This document shows, piece after piece, positions 38,400 through 49,000 of a stretch of DNA of 64,000 nt. How positions within the stretch are numbered: position 1 is the first letter of the stretch; every line of letters begins with the position of its first letter. This DNA is from Puniceicoccaceae bacterium. GTDB taxonomy: Bacteria > Verrucomicrobiota > Verrucomicrobiia > Opitutales > Oceanipulchritudinaceae. A program made the translations under genes and the position numbers. The notes beneath the pieces are model-generated. The model was not told where the DNA came from. It was given only the letters and a program-made list of their open reading frames with translations, and did no database searches. The DNA lies in the NCBI GenBank assembly GCA_040830765.1, contig JBFOMH010000018.1, forward strand, positions 1 to 64,000. Direction: 5' to 3'.

Positions 38400-39302
38400 A
38401 TGTCTTCAAATCAGATATTTCGCGGGGTTTTTACAGCATTAGTGACCCCGATGGACGAAGCCGGGCAAATCGACTGGCAGACGCTTGGATCATTGGTTGA
38501 ATTCCAGGTGGCCAGCGGTATTGACGGGCTGGTTCCAGTCGGCACCACCGGTGAGTCCCCCACCCTTGATACAGATGAGCATATCCGGGTCATTGAAGCG
38601 GTTGTGGAAGCAGCCGCCGGGCGGGTTCCGGTCATTGCCGGAACCGGAGCCAACAGCACGGATGAAGCGCTCGAACTGACCCGGGCCGCGGACATGGCCG
38701 GGGCGGATGCTTTTCTCCAGGTGGCTCCCTATTACAACAAGCCTAGCCAGGAGGGTGTCTTTCGTCACTTTGAGAAGATCGCCAAGAGCACCAACAAGCC
38801 GATTGTCCTCTATTCCATTCCGGGCCGCTGCGGCATCGAAATCGGGGTGGAGACAGTCGCCCGCCTGGCGGAGGCCTGCCCCAATGTGCGGACCATCAAG
38901 GAGGCTGGCGGTGAAGTAAGCCGCGTTGAGCAACTCCGACAGGCCTGCCCGGAGGTGACTGTCCTCAGCGGGGATGACGGACTGGTTCCGGAATTTGTTG
39001 CCGCTGGAGCCGAGGGTGTCATCAGTGTTGCCTCCAACCTCGCTCCGAAAGTGATCAAGGACTTGACCAATGCCTGCCTCAATGGCGATCAGGCATCGGC
39101 CGACAGCCTTTTCAACAAGTGGCAAGCCCTGCTGACCGATCTGGTCTTCCTCGACGGTAACCCGGTGACGATCAAGGAAGTGATGTTCCAGTCGGGTCGC
39201 CTACCCCACCCGACGGTCCGCCTGCCTTTGGTCCGGACAGCGGAAGCCAACCAGGCCCGCATCGGCGAACTCCTGCAATCCCTCAACCTGGAGACACCAT
39301 GA
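38400..39302 (+). CDS. dapA: 4-hydroxy-tetrahydrodipicolinate synthase
   Basis: GTTGES, PYYNKP, YSIPGR, IKEA and LSGDD. Confidence 0.95.
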   Translation: MSSNQIFRGVFTALVTPMDEAGQIDWQTLGSLVEFQVASGIDGLVPVGTTGESPTLDTDEHIRVIEAVVEAAAGRVPVIAGTGANSTDEALELTRAADMAGADAFLQVAPYYNKPSQEGVFRHFEKIAKSTNKPIVLYSIPGRCGIEIGVETVARLAEACPNVRTIKEAGGEVSRVEQLRQACPEVTVLSGDDGLVPEFVAAGAEGVISVASNLAPKVIKDLTNACLNGDQASADSLFNKWQALLTDLVFLDGNPVTIKEVMFQSGRLPHPTVRLPLVRTAEANQARIGELLQSLNLETP

Positions 39303-40057
39303 GCGACCAACTTCCCATCATGATTTGCGGCTACAAGGGACGGATGGGGCAAACCCTTCTCTCCCTCGCCGAGTCCGAAAATGCCGTCGTCAAGGCACAG
39401 AAGGATCAGGGCGACGACCTCGGGCAGGATCTGGCTGGAATCCGGGTTGCTATTGATTTCAGCTTTCACACCGCCACCGCCGACCTGGCCGAGGCCTGTG
39501 CCGCCAATGGCGTTGCCCTGGTCATCGGGACCACTGGCCACACGGAAGAGGAGCGTAGCCGTATCATGGCCTGTACCGAAAAGATTCCGATTGTCTGGGC
39601 GGGTAATTACTCCATCGGCGTGAATCTCCTTTTCCACCTCACTGAGGCCGCCGCCCGGGTCCTCGGCGACCGCTACCAGGCGGAAGTCATGGAGATCCAT
39701 CACCAACACAAGAAAGACGCACCAAGCGGAACTGCCGTCAATTTAGCAGAAGCCATCGAGGAGGCCCCCGCCTTTAAAAAGGACCGGCGCGTCCACGGGC
39801 GTGAAGGGGACACCGGGGCGCGGACCAATGATGAAATCGGCATGCATGCCCTGCGCGGTGGGGAAATCATCGGCGAGCATACCGTCTTTTTCTTTGGCGA
39901 GAACGACCGAATCGAACTGACCCACCGGGCCAGTGACCGTCGTATCTTCGCAACCGGTGCCTACCGGGCTGCCCGTTGGGCAGCTGACCAGAAGCCGGGA
40001 CTCTATAACATGCGGGATGTGCTCGGACTGGGAGCTCCCGGGGAAAGCGCCGTATGA
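39299..40057 (+). CDS. dapB: 4-hydroxy-tetrahydrodipicolinate reductase
   Basis: G..GRMG, IGTTG and EIHH..KKDAPSGTA. Confidence 0.95.
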   Translation: MSDQLPIMICGYKGRMGQTLLSLAESENAVVKAQKDQGDDLGQDLAGIRVAIDFSFHTATADLAEACAANGVALVIGTTGHTEEERSRIMACTEKIPIVWAGNYSIGVNLLFHLTEAAARVLGDRYQAEVMEIHHQHKKDAPSGTAVNLAEAIEEAPAFKKDRRVHGREGDTGARTNDEIGMHALRGGEIIGEHTVFFFGENDRIELTHRASDRRIFATGAYRAARWAADQKPGLYNMRDVLGLGAPGESAV

Positions 40058-40668
40058 TCAGTTTCATAGAAGGAGTTGTTGAATCGGCCATGCCCCTGGA
40101 GGTTGTCCTCAATTGCCAGGGCGTCGGCTACAGCATTCATGTTCCTGTCACGACGGCGGAAAAGATTCCACCCATCGGTGAAGGGGTACGCCTTCATATC
40201 CACCCGGTTTACCGCGAGGATAGCCAGGCGCTCTATGGCTTTGCCAGCCGGGATGAGCGCGATTTCTTCCATCTTGTCACCAGCAAGGTCAGTGGCATTG
40301 GACCAAAGATCGCCCTCAACCTGATGAGCCGGCTCTCTTTCCAGATGCTTCAGGAGGCCATTGCCCGCAGCGATGCCGCCCTCCTTGCCAAATGTCCGGG
40401 TATCGGCAAGAAAACCGCCGAGCGGATCTGCATCGAGTTGAAGGACAAGGTCGGCCTCCCGACGCCGTCTTCGACAGCCGCTGCGGCAACCGAAACAACT
40501 ACCGAAGGATCAAGCTCAGCGGGAGGGTATTCCGATGCAGTGCAGGCCCTCATGACCCTCGGCTTCAAGATGGATGCCGCCGACAAGGCGGTCCGCAAGG
40601 CGAGTCAGGAACTCGGGGCCTCCGCCTCTGCCGACGCCCTTATCAAGGCAGCCTTGAAGAGCAGCTGA
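40054..40668 (+). CDS. ruvA: Holliday junction branch migration protein RuvA
   Basis: LYGF, VSGIGPK.A, PGIGKKTAERI..ELK and AL..LGF. Confidence 0.96.
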   Translation: MISFIEGVVESAMPLEVVLNCQGVGYSIHVPVTTAEKIPPIGEGVRLHIHPVYREDSQALYGFASRDERDFFHLVTSKVSGIGPKIALNLMSRLSFQMLQEAIARSDAALLAKCPGIGKKTAERICIELKDKVGLPTPSSTAAAATETTTEGSSSAGGYSDAVQALMTLGFKMDAADKAVRKASQELGASASADALIKAALKSS

Positions 40669-40672
40669 CTTA

Positions 40673-40720
40673 TCGCGCCATAAAGGCGCTCGCTACGTAG
40701 GGAGCGGGTTTATCCCGCGA
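40673..40720. repeat. Head-to-head doublet of GTAG-type REP palindromes
   Basis: Minus strand GTAGCGAGCGCCTTTATGGCGCGA (40673-40696) and plus strand GTAGGGAGCGGGTTTATCCCGCGA (40697-40720). Confidence 0.75.
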
Positions 40721-40721
40721 A

Positions 40722-41381
40722 TCAACTCCGCCCGCGGGACAGCTCCTGGGCGAATCCGTGCACGCTTTCCCCGTTCAGCCCAAGGGAGCGGCTGAGGCAA
40801 CTGCGAGCCCGGGCGATGCGGCTCTTGACCGTACCAATCGGGATTTCCAGACTTTCCCCGATTTCCTCATAACTGAGGTTATCCAGCAGGCGCATGGCCA
40901 TGATTTCACGGTGGGCTTCCGGAAGGCGATCCAGATGGTCCTCCACGGATTCCTGAAACTCATTCCAGCGCATCCGGTCACCCGGGTCGGCCTCGTCATC
41001 AGGAAGGATGTCCTTGAGACTGAAACCATCCTCTGTCAGCGGCAAGTCCAGGGAGAGGCCGCGGTCGCGCTGGCGACGTTTCCAGTACCAGTAGCGGTTA
41101 CGGGCGAGGTTGCTGGCGATCTGGTACAGCCAGGTCGAGAAACTGGCCTCCCAACGGAAATCGGGCAGGCTTTCATATGCTTTGGTGAACGCATCCTGCG
41201 TTACTTCCTCGGCGTCTTCACGATTGCCAAGCAACTGGTAGACGCGGGCGAATATCCGGCTCCAATAACGCTCAATGAGCTGGTTGTAGGCCTGATGATT
41301 GCCTTCGACAACGGCTTCGGCGATACGGCGGTCCGGGTCAAGGGGCAGGGACTCTCGTAGGGCAAGATTGGAGGTAACCAT
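40722..41381 (-). CDS. ECF sigma-70 factor
   Basis: DAEEVTQDAF, FSTWLYQIA.N and SYEEI...L.IP.GTVKSRIARAR. Confidence 0.92.
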   Translation of the reverse strand: MVTSNLALRESLPLDPDRRIAEAVVEGNHQAYNQLIERYWSRIFARVYQLLGNREDAEEVTQDAFTKAYESLPDFRWEASFSTWLYQIASNLARNRYWYWKRRQRDRGLSLDLPLTEDGFSLKDILPDDEADPGDRMRWNEFQESVEDHLDRLPEAHREIMAMRLLDNLSYEEIGESLEIPIGTVKSRIARARSCLSRSLGLNGESVHGFAQELSRGRS

Positions 41382-41441
41382 ACCCTACTCTACGCACCAA
41401 CCCCCCATTTGGATGCACCTCAACCCAAATTACTTAGTCCC

Positions 41442-41475
41442 AATCTTAATCTTAGCCTTAATCTTGATCTTAATC
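41442..41475. repeat. Degenerate (AATCTT)n hexamer tandem repeat
   Basis: aatctt aatctt agcctt aatctt gatctt aatc. Confidence 0.8.
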
Positions 41476-41517
41476 AAAAACCCAAATCCCTAATCTCCAA
41501 CACCTTACAATACCAAC

Positions 41518-42201
41518 CTAAACCAGCCTTCCCTCTTCCAGATGGTATTGCCGGAGTGTCCGCCCGGCATACCCGGGATGGTGGGTCACCAGCAACAAGC
41601 CCGTCTTGTGCCGCTCGACGGCGGACAGCAACTGCTCCATGACGCGTTCCGCGGTCTTTTCATCGAGGTTGCCGGTCGGCTCATCGGCGAGAAGGAGTTT
41701 TGGGGAATTGACAAGGGCCCGGGCGATTGCGGTGCGCTGGCGCTCACCACCGGAAAGCTGCTCGGGTCGGCTCTGGAGGCGCTCCCCGAGGCCCAGTTCA
41801 TCCAGCAGGTGCTCCGCCTTTTCCCGGGCTTCCTTGAGCGGCTGACCGGCAATGCGGGCGGCCAGGAGGACATTGTCCAGCGTGTTCAATTCAGGGATTA
41901 AATAGAAGGACTGGAAAACAAACCCGAGGTAACTGGCCCGAATCTCCGGCCGCTTTGAGTCCGGAAGGTCCCCCAGCGAGATTCCGTTCCAGTGGACATC
42001 CCCCTCATCGGGGGTCTCGATGCCAGCTAGAATGTTCAACAGGGTGGTTTTTCCGCTTCCCGATTCGCCGCGGATGCTAATTGTTTCACCGATTCCCAAT
42101 TCCAGGGTGACGCCGTCCAGCACCTGGATTTCCCGGGGACCGCTCTGGTAAGACTTTCGCAAGTTGCTGGCCTGCAATATGATGGAAGTTTCTTCGCTCA
42201 T
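41518..42201 (-). CDS. lolD: ABC ATPase, lipoprotein-releasing (LolD) type
   Basis: GESGSGKTT, LGFVFQ, LSGGERQR and LADEPTGNLD. Confidence 0.85.
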   Translation of the reverse strand: MSEETSIILQASNLRKSYQSGPREIQVLDGVTLELGIGETISIRGESGSGKTTLLNILAGIETPDEGDVHWNGISLGDLPDSKRPEIRASYLGFVFQSFYLIPELNTLDNVLLAARIAGQPLKEAREKAEHLLDELGLGERLQSRPEQLSGGERQRTAIARALVNSPKLLLADEPTGNLDEKTAERVMEQLLSAVERHKTGLLLVTHHPGYAGRTLRQYHLEEGRLV

Positions 42202-43439
42202 TGCTCGATCCGGAGGGTTTCAGCCGGCTTGAGCCGGGCTGCCCGCCATGCCGGAAGCAGGCTGGCAAGGGTTGAGAGCATGACGGCCAGGACTCCGATG
42301 CGGAAGATTTCCCCAACATCGTAGACGACCGGAAGGTAGGTGAAATAATAGAACCGGACCAGTGTGTCCCTGGTACCACTGATCGTCGCCAGCCCCTGGA
42401 TAATGGGATCCCGGAAGGAGAGGCAGAGAATGGCCAGGCCAATCCCCAGCAGGGCCCCCAGCAAGCCAATGAAAAAGCCCTGGAAGCAGTAAATGCCGAC
42501 TACTCCCCGTCGCCCGCCCCCAATCACCGCCAAGAGGCCAATTTCGCGGGTCTTGCGGACCACCGTCAACAACTGGGCAATGGCAATGGCAAAGACCGCC
42601 ACTGCGACGATGAACAGGTTGAGGAAGAGCATCATTGTCTTCTCAAGGTCGAGCACCCAGAGGAAGTCCGCCCAGCGTTCCTTCCACGTCTGGACCATTT
42701 TCCGCTCGTCCACCCGTTCCTGGATGCAAGCCACCGCCTCATACTCGTCCACTCCATCCTGCAGCCGAACCGCAATGCCGTGAACGCCATCCTCAAGGCC
42801 ATACAACTCCTGCATGGTCCGCAGGGTGCAGATGATGCCGGGGATGTATTCCTGGTTCCAGTCGATGTTGTAGATTCCGGCGATTTCAAACTCCCGCGGC
42901 AGGACCACCTCGTTCTGCTGCAACCGGTCAATCATCACCGGGCTGAAGACCTCGATCCTGCTGCCAACCCAGACGCCCAGTCGCCGGGCCAGGCTGCGGC
43001 TGACCAGGACCGTGTCATCGTAAAGATCCTCCATCGATCCCGAGGTCAGGTAGTTGTTGACCGCAAACACCGGCTGCTCGTCATAGGCCATTCCATAGAT
43101 CGCAGGAAAAACAGGAATATTGGCCCGCTTGGCCATGACGAATCCCCGGGCATATGGCGTCACGTGCAGAATGCTGGGATCCTCCATCAGTGAATCGGCA
43201 ATCGCGAAGGCGTCCGTAAAGGGATAACCGCCCTCGCTGATATCAAGATGACCGGATGTATCGACGATTCGGTCCCGGTGGACTTCCCCGAATCCACCCA
43301 TGACACTCTGGACGATGACCAGCACTGCCACCCCAAGGCCGACTCCAAGAACTGAAAGAAAGAAGAATACCGAACCCAGCCGCCTTCCACTCGGCACCAG
43401 TTGCCGCAAGGCAAGGTACATATACCACGGCATCCTCAT
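42198..43439 (-). CDS. LolC/E-family ABC permease
   Basis: LGV..LVIVQSVM.GF and KTREIGLL..IG; 4-TM FtsX-like topology; coupled to lolD. Confidence 0.85.
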   Translation of the reverse strand: MRMPWYMYLALRQLVPSGRRLGSVFFFLSVLGVGLGVAVLVIVQSVMGGFGEVHRDRIVDTSGHLDISEGGYPFTDAFAIADSLMEDPSILHVTPYARGFVMAKRANIPVFPAIYGMAYDEQPVFAVNNYLTSGSMEDLYDDTVLVSRSLARRLGVWVGSRIEVFSPVMIDRLQQNEVVLPREFEIAGIYNIDWNQEYIPGIICTLRTMQELYGLEDGVHGIAVRLQDGVDEYEAVACIQERVDERKMVQTWKERWADFLWVLDLEKTMMLFLNLFIVAVAVFAIAIAQLLTVVRKTREIGLLAVIGGGRRGVVGIYCFQGFFIGLLGALLGIGLAILCLSFRDPIIQGLATISGTRDTLVRFYYFTYLPVVYDVGEIFRIGVLAVMLSTLASLLPAWRAARLKPAETLRIEQ

Positions 43440-43441
43440 AA

Positions 43442-43477
43442 TATCTTAATCTTAGCCTTAATCTTAATCTTAGTCTC
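43442..43477. repeat. Degenerate (AATCTT)n hexamer tandem repeat
   Basis: tatctt aatctt agcctt aatctt aatctt agtctc. Confidence 0.8.
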
Positions 43478-43480
43478 CCC

Positions 43481-44950
43481 TCAATCCCTCACCACCGGCT
43501 TCAGCGCCGGAAACAAAATCACGTCGCGAATGCTGGGCACACCGGTCAGCATGATGATCAAGCGATCGATCCCGACGCCCATCCCGCCGGCTGGCGGCAT
43601 GCCGTGCTCGAGCGCGAGGAGGAAGTCCTCATCGATCTTCTGTTGTTCCTCACCGGCCTGGCGCTCCAGTTGCTCGCGCTGCACGAAGGGATCATTTTGC
43701 TCGCTGTAGGCAGGCGCAATCTCCTGCCCGTTGATGCAGAGCTCAAAGACCTCGACCGTTTCCGGATCGTCCGGGGAAATCTTGGCCAGCGGGATCAGCT
43801 CCTTGGGCAAATGAGTGACGAAGGTGGGCTGGATCAAGGTGGGCTCGATCCGCTTTTCAAAGACTGCATTCGTCACCTCGAAGTCTTCGCGTTTGGGATC
43901 CACCTCGATTTCTTCCTTTTCACACCAGGCCAGCTTTTCGGCCTTGCTGCGCGAGAACCAGTCCGGGTCACCGGTTTGCTCGATAACCAGATCCTTGTAG
44001 CGGGCCTCGCGCCACTCGCCGCCAAGTTCAATGACCTGTCCGTCATGCCGCTCAATGGTGGGCTGGCCAAGGACCTCGTCACAAATGGCCCCGACCATGC
44101 CACGAATGAGTTTCATCATGCCCCGGAAATCGCTGTAGGCCTGGTAGACTTCGAGCATCGTGAACTCCGGATTATGGCGCCGCGAAAGCCCCTCATTACG
44201 GAAATTGCGGCCGATCTCAAAAACCCGGTCATAACCCGCCACCAGCAGTCGCTTAAGATAAAGCTCGAGGGCGATGCGCAGGTAAAAGGGGCAATCGAGG
44301 GCGTTGAAGTGGGTCGTGAACGGCCGGGCCGCCGCGCCGCCGGCCTCCGGCGTCAGGATCGGGGTTTCCACCTCCGTGAAGTCCTGTGATTCAAGATAGT
44401 CCCGAATGCAGCGGATGATCCGGCTGCGGGTTTTGAAGACATTACGCGACTCCTCATTGCTGATCAGGTCGAGGTAACGCTGACGATAAATCTGATCGTC
44501 ATCCTGCAGGCCATGCCACTTTTCCGGCAGTGGGCGCATGGCCTTGCTGACCATTGTGAATTCCTGCACCCGTAAGGTCACCTCACCGGTCTTCGTTTTA
44601 AAGAGCGTCCCCTTGACCCCGATGAAGTCCCCGAGATCGAGCGTCTTCTTGAAGGCGTCATAGGCTTCCTCGCCAACGATGTCCTTCTTGAAATACAGCT
44701 GCAGCGTACCGGCCCGGTCAAGGATCCGGGCGAAGCTGGCCTTGCCCATCTTGCGAATGGCGATGAGGCGCCCGGCACAGCTCGCAACGGGGCTGTTTTC
44801 CTCGTCCTCAACCCACAGGTCGATGGCCTCTGCGCTGGTCTGGGCTTGCTCCCAATTAGTGCGGAAGGGATCCACTCCCCCTTCGCGCATGTCAGCCAGC
44901 TTGGCCTTGCGCACGGCAAATTGGTCGGATGTATCAATTCTCTGGTCCAT
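43481..44950 (-). CDS. lysS: Lysine--tRNA ligase (class II)
   Basis: YRQRYLDL, GGAAARPF.TH, FRNEG.S.RHNPEFT and GMPPAGG.G.GIDR. Confidence 0.98.
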   Translation of the reverse strand: MDQRIDTSDQFAVRKAKLADMREGGVDPFRTNWEQAQTSAEAIDLWVEDEENSPVASCAGRLIAIRKMGKASFARILDRAGTLQLYFKKDIVGEEAYDAFKKTLDLGDFIGVKGTLFKTKTGEVTLRVQEFTMVSKAMRPLPEKWHGLQDDDQIYRQRYLDLISNEESRNVFKTRSRIIRCIRDYLESQDFTEVETPILTPEAGGAAARPFTTHFNALDCPFYLRIALELYLKRLLVAGYDRVFEIGRNFRNEGLSRRHNPEFTMLEVYQAYSDFRGMMKLIRGMVGAICDEVLGQPTIERHDGQVIELGGEWREARYKDLVIEQTGDPDWFSRSKAEKLAWCEKEEIEVDPKREDFEVTNAVFEKRIEPTLIQPTFVTHLPKELIPLAKISPDDPETVEVFELCINGQEIAPAYSEQNDPFVQREQLERQAGEEQQKIDEDFLLALEHGMPPAGGMGVGIDRLIIMLTGVPSIRDVILFPALKPVVRD

Positions 44951-45097
44951 GGTGCAAATAGGCCAAGTTGGGAGCTTTTACCGGTGTTGGCAACCGGTTT
45001 TAAGGAGAGGCCAGACCTCTCCTCCGGTGGGCTAACTGCCAGAAAATGACTAAGCGCCGCCCTTTACCGGTGGCCAGCGTGCTGGCATCAAGGTTGT

Positions 45098-46021
45098 ATG
45101 ACCACCGCCCTTGTTTCCGCGAACCTCCTCACCCTCGTCGTTTCCTGGTTCAGCGAGGTCGCATTTACCTACACCCTGCAGACTTCGATTGACCTGCTGC
45201 ACTGGCACTCCCTGCCTTTCGTCATGAGTGGCGATGGAGACTGGGAATCGGTTGTTCTCGATAAGGAGGGACCAACAACCTTTGCCCGTATCCGTTTCAG
45301 TGCAGACGGCGATACCAATGAGAACGGGCTTCCCGATCTTTGGGAATGGCAACGTTTCGGCTATCTGGATGTAGATCCGGAAGCGGATGCCGACAATGAT
45401 GGACGAAGCAATTACACTGAATGGCTCGATGGAACGGATCCAGTGGACTTTTATGACGGGGAGACGCCCGTTATCCGGCTGGCTTGCGGCAGCAGCTGGA
45501 TCGTCCCCGCGGGGCAAGCCTCGCAGCAGCAGCTTTACCTGACGGTGTTTCGACCGAATGGCGAACCATGGGTAGAAGCCCCGGTGACAATTATTGTGCA
45601 GAGCGGCCAGGAGCGCTTGCTTGCAAATGGTGAATCCTCGGCAGCCCTTGTCCGCTGGACTGATGGAAACGGCCGGATTCGACCGGACACAGAATCAATC
45701 CGCTTCATGGCCGCTCCAGATGCTGGCAGGACGGACACCATTGAATTACTGGCCGGCCGTGGCCAAAGCCAAGTTACGGTCTGGTCAGCCGGGACGGGTT
45801 TCGGGCCACCACCGCGCCAGTTGCAACAGGTTGACCAGACCAACGGGGAATCCGTAATCAGCTGGTCCGGACCGACTGAAGGAGCCAGCCACTTCCTCCT
45901 CCAGGAACAACAGGCAAACGGTCTGTGGGAAGACCTTGCCCAGGTTCCGGTTGAAGACCTTCCCCCGGCGGATCCGGAGTCAGGGCGCTACAGCATCATA
46001 ATTGTTCCCCCGGCTGACTGA
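45098..46021 (+). CDS. Hypothetical protein with TSP3-like Ca-binding repeats and beta-sandwich segments
   Basis: DTNENGLPDLWE and DADNDGRSNYTEW..GTDP repeats; N-terminal YTLQTSIDLLHW...FARIRF module. Confidence 0.75.
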   Translation: MTTALVSANLLTLVVSWFSEVAFTYTLQTSIDLLHWHSLPFVMSGDGDWESVVLDKEGPTTFARIRFSADGDTNENGLPDLWEWQRFGYLDVDPEADADNDGRSNYTEWLDGTDPVDFYDGETPVIRLACGSSWIVPAGQASQQQLYLTVFRPNGEPWVEAPVTIIVQSGQERLLANGESSAALVRWTDGNGRIRPDTESIRFMAAPDAGRTDTIELLAGRGQSQVTVWSAGTGFGPPPRQLQQVDQTNGESVISWSGPTEGASHFLLQEQQANGLWEDLAQVPVEDLPPADPESGRYSIIIVPPAD

Positions 46022-46041
46022 AACCATCCAGATTTTTCAAA

Positions 46042-49000
46042 ATGTACCGCTTCCTGCTCCTCCTGCCGGTTATCCTTCCGGCCGTCACAAAGAGTGTAGC
46101 CGCCCAGTCGCTACGTGCAGCTTATCAATTTGCCGATGGCATGGCATGGTCGGCGAGTGTCAACCTGCCCGGCTACGACATTCTTGACCTTGGCTCCGGA
46201 CGGGTGCCACTGGCCGTCAGCGACAGCGGGATTGTCCTCCTCCAGGGCGAGGACCACCGGCTCATCCGCTGGACATGGGGCCGCGAGGAAGTTCTCCTTG
46301 CCGGCTTTGTCAACCCGGATACCGCCTTCATGAACGAGTCCGGCCTGGCCGTAGCCATCAATCCCATGGAGGAAACAATAGCTGATGTCCTCTACTGGAA
46401 CCCGGGAGAAACTGCGCCGAACCATCTTTCCTGGGCCGGCAACCTCTTCAGGGATCCCCATTTTGCTGAACTTTATGCCCTGAACGATCAGGGGATACTA
46501 GCCCTGCGCGCGGAGTCCACCGACAACCCATTCCTTCTTCCCCCGGCTACCCTGGAGATTGAGACCAACCTCATCGACCTTACTGGCGAATCGTGGGACG
46601 AACAGTCCTTGTATCGATATTTCAACGACATTGACCTGACTCTCACCCAGGGTGGGAGGCTTTACGCCATCGAGGGCCTCAATAACTACGGGGAAAGCAT
46701 CGGACTGGTCTACGAGGATCAGGCCTTCTCGACCGCTTTTGAACCCGATCCCGTCTACGCCTACCAGAACCAGTATTTTTCCCTGAACGGGGATACCGCC
46801 CTCGACTTCGAGCCCCTGCTCATCAACGACGCCGGTACGATTGTCGGCCGGACCCTTGGTCCGGTCCACGCCTTTGTTGTCCTCGACCGTTTTGGCCAGC
46901 GTTACCCGGGCCCGCTCCTTGATGATGACGATGCGACGAAGATCCGCATGAGCAATCCCGTCAATGGCATGGAAGAGATTATCCTCGGTAAAAACTACTG
47001 GTGCCGGATGCAGGAGCGGGACCTCCTCGGCAATCCCCTGGATGTCCCGTCCCCGGACTTCTGGTGGGGAAACGTGACGGATATTGTTAACGACTCCGGC
47101 GACTGGGTACAATTGGAAGCCACCTGCATCAGTGCCAATGGGCGCATTGCCGGAACGGGCTGGCTCTATGACCCGCTACAGGCAGCCTATGCCCGGCACG
47201 GCTTCCTGCTGGTTCCGCCCGTTCTGCTCCCGGATTGGAACCGCGACGGAAGCATCGATGACACGGATCGCCGGCTTTGCGATTCCGGTCAGCCCCTCCA
47301 CTTCTGGGTCAACGATGATGACGACTCGGGCGACCTCTCCCAGACCATTGCCGACGACCAGCTCGACAGCCCGACTCCCGATTGGGCCAGCCCCGGTATC
47401 GACGGTCTGAGGGATGTGGTCGACTTCTTTGCCCTCCAGTTGGACCTCCAGAAAATCCTCCAGGCCATCGGCACCTCCGGTAGTGTGGAAATCATCCTCA
47501 GGCAGGCGGACGAGGCGCTCAATCTCGTCTACACCAACCTTTATCCGCAGGATGCCGGAAGCATCCATCGGGAGTACCTGGCGACAGGCTTTGGACCCGC
47601 CTTCACGGACTCCCTGGACGAGGCCCCCACCACCAACGTCACCGCCGCGGGAATTTCCCTCGCCCAAAGCCTCATTCAGAACATCCGCTCGGAGAATCAT
47701 GGTGTTCTGCTCTTCGAGGCCCTCCGTCCGACGCAGCAACCACTCGTCATGGAGCTCTATCGTGCCGGAGAAATGGTTCTTACCTCCCAGTTGCCCCTGT
47801 CGATCGGGTCCGTGCGTGACATGTTCCGCGTTATCAATCTCCGCAATGCGGATCCAAAATTTGCCGGAGTGGATCCCGGCCCATCGGCAACCTCAACGGA
47901 GGATCCACCCAATTTGCCGGATGCTTTTCTGAAGAAGCTTTCGCCGCCCCTGCGCACCCTCGTTCATATTCATGGGTACAATTGGTCGGGCCATGAAATC
48001 CCAGCCGGCCATTCGGAAGTCTTCAAGCGCTTCTTCCAGGCCGGATCAAACGCCCGCTTTGTCGGGGTCACCTGGCGCGGCGACGAGGGAACACTGGACC
48101 TGACCGGAAGCTCCTTCGAGTACAACGAAAATGTCATCAATGCCTTCATCACAGCGAAGTACGTCAAGGACAGCCTGACTCCGTTTGCTGGTCCGCGCAC
48201 AGCCATCTTTGCCCACAGTCTGGGGAACATGGTTACCTCCTCAGCCATCACCGACCATGAACTGGAAGCTGGCCTGTACTTCATGACCAATGCCGCTGTT
48301 CCCGAGGAGGCCTATGCCGGGGAAACGACCAACCGCCGCAACATGGTACCGCCGGAATGGAAGGACGAAGTGGAGTTGGGTGTCGACTATGCGGAGTTCC
48401 TTCTTTCCCCCAATTGGTATCGCTTGTTTCCGGCCGATGATCATCGCTCATTCCTGAAGTGGAAGGACCGTTTCGCCAGCCTTTCCAGTCAGGTTAGCTG
48501 CATCAATTTCTATTCCTCCGGGGAGGAGGTCCTGAAGTCCGGCAACGGGGATCTTCCCAGCCTCCTCGGGGACGCCGCCAACCAGGAACGTGTCTGGGTC
48601 TTTAACGAGATGGTCAAGGGGACGGAGACTTTCCTCTCCAACCTGGTCAGCGACATCCATGGTGGCTGGGGCTTCAACCGCTACTGGATGGACTGGGTCG
48701 ACCCCGGCGGGGCAGCCCACCCGCCACCGGGATCCTGGGTCCCGATGTCGACCTCCGAGGCCGCCCTCATCAATCCGCCGGACCTGATCCCCGAGCCGTT
48801 TTTCCGGAAGTTCTCCGATGGCGACAGCGTCTTTCCCCTCTGGGGTAATGGGGCATGGCTCTACGGCGACACAGCAACAGCAAATGCCCACCTGCCCGCT
48901 CTGCCTCTGGCCGGGGCCGACATCGATCAGTTGAAGAACCATGCCAAGATTCTCGCCGAAGCCATTCCCGCCCATTCCGATCCGACCGGTTCCAACCCGC

